A stretch of 61,368 nt of DNA, counting the filler, from Kipferlia bialata (taxonomy: Eukaryota), in assembly GCA_003568945.1 (NCBI GenBank). It is 3 parts of 3 records of this genome, joined end to end, with 100 filler letters (N's around TTAATTAATTAA, not from the genome) between each part and the next. Parts side by side here need not be neighbours in the genome. Positions count along the whole stretch, not along the records: positions 40,989 to 61,368 come from BDIP01000378.1; 2 more parts are not named here. One strand, given 5' to 3'. Below the pieces are notes generated by a model. The model was not told the origin of the DNA. It saw only the letters and a program-made list of their open reading frames with translations, and did not search any database. The translations under genes and the position numbers were made by a program. Positions 55,901-61,368 of the stretch are shown in pieces. Each line of letters starts with the position of its first letter. Position 1 is the stretch's first letter.

Positions 55901-57401
55901 GCTATATGGGATGTGATATGTATATATGTGCCCTTCCATAAGTATCTCTTCTTGTGTGTACTCATATTATGTATAGAGTCTTCTTGTTTCTCTCTCTCGG
56001 CATCCGTATATCCATATCCATATATACACACTCACCCCCGGCCATCTGCCCCCCACCCCTGAGCACTCTCTATATCTCTCTCTCTCTCTCTCTCTCCATC
56101 CATATGTCTATACATTGATCTTACCCCAGCCCTCTGCCCCCCCCTGTGTACCCTGTCCCAGAGACAGTGGGCAGAGGTATACGCCCCACACACAGTGTCT
56201 AGCCCTGAGACTGCCAGGACACCCTCTCTCTCTCTCTCCCTAGCCCTACCCTCCCCCGATAGTGCCTCTGGCCTATCAGCCACAGGTGGTGAGGGTGAGG
56301 GGGAGGAGTGTGGTGTCAACAAGTGGCTAGACGACGCAGAGGTCGACATATGCCCATGGTGCAATGCGGTGAGTGTATTTGTAATACCATTAGTACAATA
56401 TACACCTATGCACTAACCGACCCCTTAGGTCTGTGGCATGACCAACAGGAGACATATACACACACACACACACATATGTATACATCATACTGCCAGGTAG
56501 TGTACTATGCACTATCTAACCCCCCAGGTCTTTGGCATGACCAACAGGAGGCACCACTGCAGGGCCTGTGGGGGCATCTTCTGCCAGGCATGCAGTGCAC
56601 ACAGGGTGACAGGTATACACACACACACACATATACACCCATACACACACATATATATATATATAGAGGTGGATAGATATATATAGTATGGTTTAGAGTA
56701 TAATTTGCATCTATGCGTATATATACTCTGCCAGGCATGCAGTGCACACAGGGTGACAGGTGGGTGTATGTATACATATATGTATGTACGCATAGTATGT
56801 GATACTGTATTGGCATAATCGAGTTGTGTGCTCTGTTTGTATTGTTGTACGTATCTCACCCCCCAGGCGAGACCTCTCTGCAGCTGGTGACACCAACAGG
56901 CATCATGGGCGAGAAGGTATATATATACACACATACATATATATAAATATATATATGCATCCACTATACATATATAGTGGATACTATGTAGTAGTTAGTG
57001 ACACCCACAGGCATCATGGGCGAGAAGGTACTGGAGTAATATACACACACTCATGCACTATAAATGTGTATATATTGAGTAATTATATATTATCATATGT
57101 ATTATATCATTGTATATAGTTACATTGTAGTAGTATTGATTCATTCCATGTCTTTTCTATGTTGGAGGCTCACTCCCTATAATTGTACTTGTGTTAATAT
57201 CTCTCTATCCTCTATATCCCCCCAGGAGCGTGTCAAGGGTGGCCACAGGATATATCCATATATATATGTACCTATATTCAGTGCCTGTATATATACCATT
57301 TTATGTATATATACACATGTATATTCACCCCCCAGGAGCGTGTCAAGGGTGGCCACAGAGTGTGTGACAGATGCTACAAGGAGCACAAGAGACACCAGTA
57401 G
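41202..57401 (+). CDS. Large multi-exon protein: P-loop NTPase (STAND-like), long helical region and C-terminal FYVE zinc finger; 5' end missing
   Basis: Walker A RVLVTGGRGSGKTT (~42885-42926), Walker B-like CTLVVEDV (~43955-43978) and a TPGALALA helix motif (~44555). The FYVE finger is KWLDD..CPWC|..RRHHCRACGGIFCQACS|...HRVCDRCY with all 8 Cys (56324-57377). Stop at 57399-57401. Frame continuity was not verified at all junctions (one is unresolved near 45343-45820). Confidence 0.7.
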
Positions 57402-57967
57402 AGAGGGAGAGAGACAGAGAGAGAGAGGGATGGTACCGAGTAGGTGGTGGCCGTGAAAGAGGTGATATCTGTACAGGTCACTGAGAATCAAGAATTGACA
57501 AGAATTTAGCGTTAGAAGAATAGACATAGAGTTGAACAGAGTAGATCTAAGTGCACTTGTATTGCATACCAGCCTAATTGGCCCCTTCTTCAGTGTCTCT
57601 GGTCTATCCATTGTGGTAACAGGCTATATTTGCTTCTTCAGTCTTGCTACCACAACTGTGTTGTCCAGAAGTTCAACTCTCTCTCTCTCTCTGTACTCGA
57701 AAGAGGATATCTGACTTCCACTGCCTCCCTTCTTATCTCTTCTCAAGCAATGTAGAGATGGTGACACTTCCTTTACACCCCCAATACATCATGACTCTAT
57801 GTCTATGTCTATGTCTATGTCTATGTCTATGTCTTGGATGTGTCCACAATGCCTACAGGTCCCTGATGTAGGCCTCCCTGGTCTAGAGGCAGTCTCATTT
57901 ATATATAGATATAGAAATTATTAGAAGCATAATAGACAGTAACACATGCAGTGTCTATCTATTGTCC

Positions 57968-59894
57968 CTACAGGTCTCTGATGTATGCCTCCCTGGTCTC
58001 AGAGTCAATCTCACCAGCCAACAGCCACCTGAGGTGTCAGTACTTACAAGTGGTAGAAAAGATACATTGAGAGGGAGAGAGTCAGAGCGTGAGTATATAT
58101 GCATTACTCTTTCTCACCCCTCGTGTGACACCGCACACCATCCAAAGGCTCCGACATATAGTCATATATATATATGTCATATATAAATATATATAATATA
58201 TATATAAATATATATAATATATATATAAATATATATACATGGGGTAGGACAGATAAGAGAGGGAGGGTGGGGGAGAGAGAGAGTATACAAAATATTCCTC
58301 ACCCCTCGTGTGACACTGCACACCACCCAAAGGCCGATGCAGAGAAACAGGCATCGGATATCAGGATGCCACAGCCGTGTCTGCTGGGGGTAAGGGAGTA
58401 GAGACACATATACATACACATATAGGAAACAAACATATATATATATGGTGACTGGTATATGCATATCCTATGGATGGATACTATGATGCCACAGCCGTGT
58501 CTGCTGGGGTGTGTGGAGTGATAGAGACACGTATATCAGTAACAATGGTGGATAGAAATGAATACAACATTATGCTACTCCCACCTCTCCCCCCTGCCCA
58601 TAGATGACACTTATACATTCATATACTTATATATATATATATATATACATATATGTATGAATAGAATAATATTATATATATCGTAACGTGTCCATACCTC
58701 TCCCCCCTGCCCCTAGTTGTGAGTACCACACCCAGTCTGGTGTCCACATGCAGGGAGCAGCCTGGGGGGTTAGAGAGATGACACTTACATATACTGTGTA
58801 TCACACATATACATACCTGTCCTAGTCAGTGGTGACACCACGTGCAGTCTAGACAGGGGTGGGGGGTGGGGCATATCAGCCTCACTCTCACCCTCACTCT
58901 CACTGTCTACCTTCTGCCTCTCTGGTAGCTCAATAGGCAGTGGGAGGGAGAGAGAGAACACATCCCCAGAGGGTGAGGCAGATAGGTACAGACCCCGGAT
59001 AGGGTGGAGGGAGAGAGTGTACTCCTGCGAGTAGTCTCTCTCTCTCCCCCCCTCCTCCTTCTTAGAGTATCTACCAAGGGGGGCAAGGGAGAGAGGCAGA
59101 GAGGTGCTGGGGGTGAGGGTGTACACGTTTGCAGTCCCCTCTCCCTCTGGCTGAGCGAGAGAGAGAGAGTAGGACAGGATGCGGTGGGTACAGAGGATGA
59201 GGACGTGGCCTAGTAGCCTGGCCTCTCCCTCTCCCTCTCTCTCTCCCCCTGTCTCCCCTCCCATTCCCTCCTCCTCAGGGACTAGCAGTATCTGTCTGGG
59301 GAGATCGCCAACAGTCACTGGGGTGAGAGAGGGAAAAGCACTTTTCATTATCCTCACAAGTTTATACACATGCATACAAATGATTCTACCTGGTATGGCT
59401 GCAACCTCCTTCTCTCCCTCCTCCTTCTTCTCCTCAGCCTTCTCTCCCTCTCCCTCTCCCTCTCCCTCTCCCTCAGTCTCCTTCTCCCCCTCAGTCTCTC
59501 TCTCCACATCTCTCAGACCGACAGGGACAGTAGCAAGAATGGACAGACCAACCTAGGGTGAGAGTATGAAGTATACACCCACATATATATTGAATAGTAT
59601 ATATGCTAGGCTACTATATTCTATATATACTGATAGGGACAGTGGCAAGGGTGGACAGGCCGACCTGTTTTTGGGGTACACCTAGTAGACATTCACTAGT
59701 GTATATGTGTAGGCATTAGGTATATATAAGTATATACAGGTATATATATAGATATGTACCCTGTGTCCAGGATAGGCAACACCTAGGGTGAGACAGAAGA
59801 TTATAGATATACAATAACACATGTATGTGTGAATGATACGTAAATTATACCCCACTTCCAAGGTGACTCTCTGCCTGTATGTCTGTCCCCACAA

Positions 59895-59934
<40 letters not shown>

Positions 59935-60685
59935 GTACATATAATATACAGTTACTAATACCAATCACTCACCCTATGCCTCTCTGCCTGTATGTCTGTC
60001 CCTACCACATTCACTGAGTAGGAGGGAAAGGGTGTCTGGTACCGGCATAGAGTGACAGCTACTCCTAGGGTGAGACATATATGTATATATATATATATAA
60101 TACATAATATACAAATATATGTGTTGTACTATACATATATCATAGTGTCACGGCAATGTCTGGGTAATAGGTAGATGCATATATATATATATATATATAT
60201 ATCGAAACTGCACCTGATCACCCTCAACTGTAAAGTATAATCAATACAGGTCACATGAATATTTACATGTATATATAGTGTACTTGTGTGTGTACTTGTA
60301 TATACAGTTTGTGTACCTGGTATCTGTGAGTGTGTCCACCGCCAGCATATGCATACAAATACACACATATATACACATACATATATACAATACTACATAT
60401 ATATATACATATATACCTGGTATCTGTGTGTGTGTGTCCACTGCCAGTACAGGCTCACAGGGCAGGGTGCCACAGACCTGGAGTGAGGGATAGGTACTTT
60501 AACATACAGTAGTCCACCTACATATACACACTATATATATACTCACACTGACAGGGTAGGGTGCCACAGACCTGGAGTGAGGGATAGTGGGAGAAGCAGG
60601 CATAGTCAAAATAGTGGGTCATCTCCCCCTCCCCAATATCTCTATATCTCTATAAATAAAATATGCAGATAGAAATGTACACACT

Positions 60686-60717
<32 letters not shown>

Positions 60718-61136
60718 CAATTATACATATATACATATACACGTACTGAGAGTGCATCCTCTGCCAGTGGGTCATCTCTCTCTCTCTCTCTCTCTCTCCC
60801 TCCATATATATATATACATATACATACACACACACACATATATATATATGCATACCCATACCGACAGTGCATCCTCTGCCAGTGGGTCCTGCCTCTCTCT
60901 CTCTCTCTCTCTCTCTCTCCACACACACACATATATATACATATATATACGAATATATATACTCTTACCGACAGCGCATCATCTACTTATATATGTACTA
61001 ATACTATCACATATCCATACCGACAGTGCATCCTCTGCCAGTGGGTCATGTCTGACAGCCAATAGGTGGTTGCCTGACCCCCTAACACACCCCGTCACAT
61101 ACACACAGTCCATGGAATCATCATCAGAGGGGATGG
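57968..61136 (-). CDS. C-terminal part of a multi-exon protein, possibly a beta-propeller/WD40-like
   Basis: In-frame terminal exons CSLHVDTRLGVVLTT...|RHGCGILISDACFSASAFGWCAVSHEG|WLLAGEIDSETREAYIRDL*; upstream exons have short beta-like segments (YTLSLHPIRGLYLSASPSGDVFSL). Continues beyond the window. Confidence 0.55.
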
Positions 61137-61322
61137 CTGGTGTGAGTATGAGACTATATACATATATATACATGCTATACATATATGTAGTAGTTGATGT
61201 ATATACTATGTACATAGACAGTCCATCGAGTCGTCATCGGAGGGGACGGCTGTGGGTGAGTATCAGCACAGATGTATAGGGAGATGACAAACTATGTGGA
61301 TAGGGAGAGGAGGGAAGGATGA

Positions 61323-61354
<32 letters not shown>

Positions 61355-61368
61355 AGAGAGGGGGGGGA

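Noticed and set aside
5208..61279. Most ORFs in the supplied track (YIYI, ERERE, SLSL, CVCV-rich)
   Set aside because: They are translations of intronic microsatellites or read-through of short exons into introns.
1..61368. Transposon/retroelement coding sequence, rRNA, alternative genetic code
   Set aside because: No transposase, RT or rRNA signatures were seen. Spliced genes read cleanly in the standard code and end in TAG or TGA.

Overview
This is eukaryotic, very intron-rich genomic DNA. Introns are GT-AG, full of (TA)n/(GA)n/(CA)n microsatellites, with a branch-point-like CTNAC a few bases before the 3' AG. The style and gene content suggest a free-living anaerobic fornicate such as Kipferlia (inference). 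The six-frame ORF track is mostly spurious, so genes were spliced by hand. The window is not one contiguous sequence: it has a 776-N gap and two artificial N-TTAATTAATTAA-N linkers. Recognisable genes are an HGTP-anticodon-binding-like protein (-), an intronless Kelch-like ORF (-), an Hcp N-terminus joined in frame to an MgsA/WRNIP1-like C-terminus across a poly-C tract (+), a winged-helix-like protein (-), a p24-like first exon followed across another poly-C tract by an N-truncated RNA 3'-phosphate cyclase (+), a VHS/TOM1-like adaptor (+), a glycogen debranching enzyme of roughly 60 exons (+), a large P-loop (STAND-like) protein ending in a FYVE finger (+), and several partial genes. The most striking signal is a pervasive set of 'exon shadows'. 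Introns carry 1-5 truncated tandem copies of the adjacent exon end with its splice site, and in the pairs compared by hand the differences from the real exon are mostly synonymous. That is unexpected for non-coding copies.
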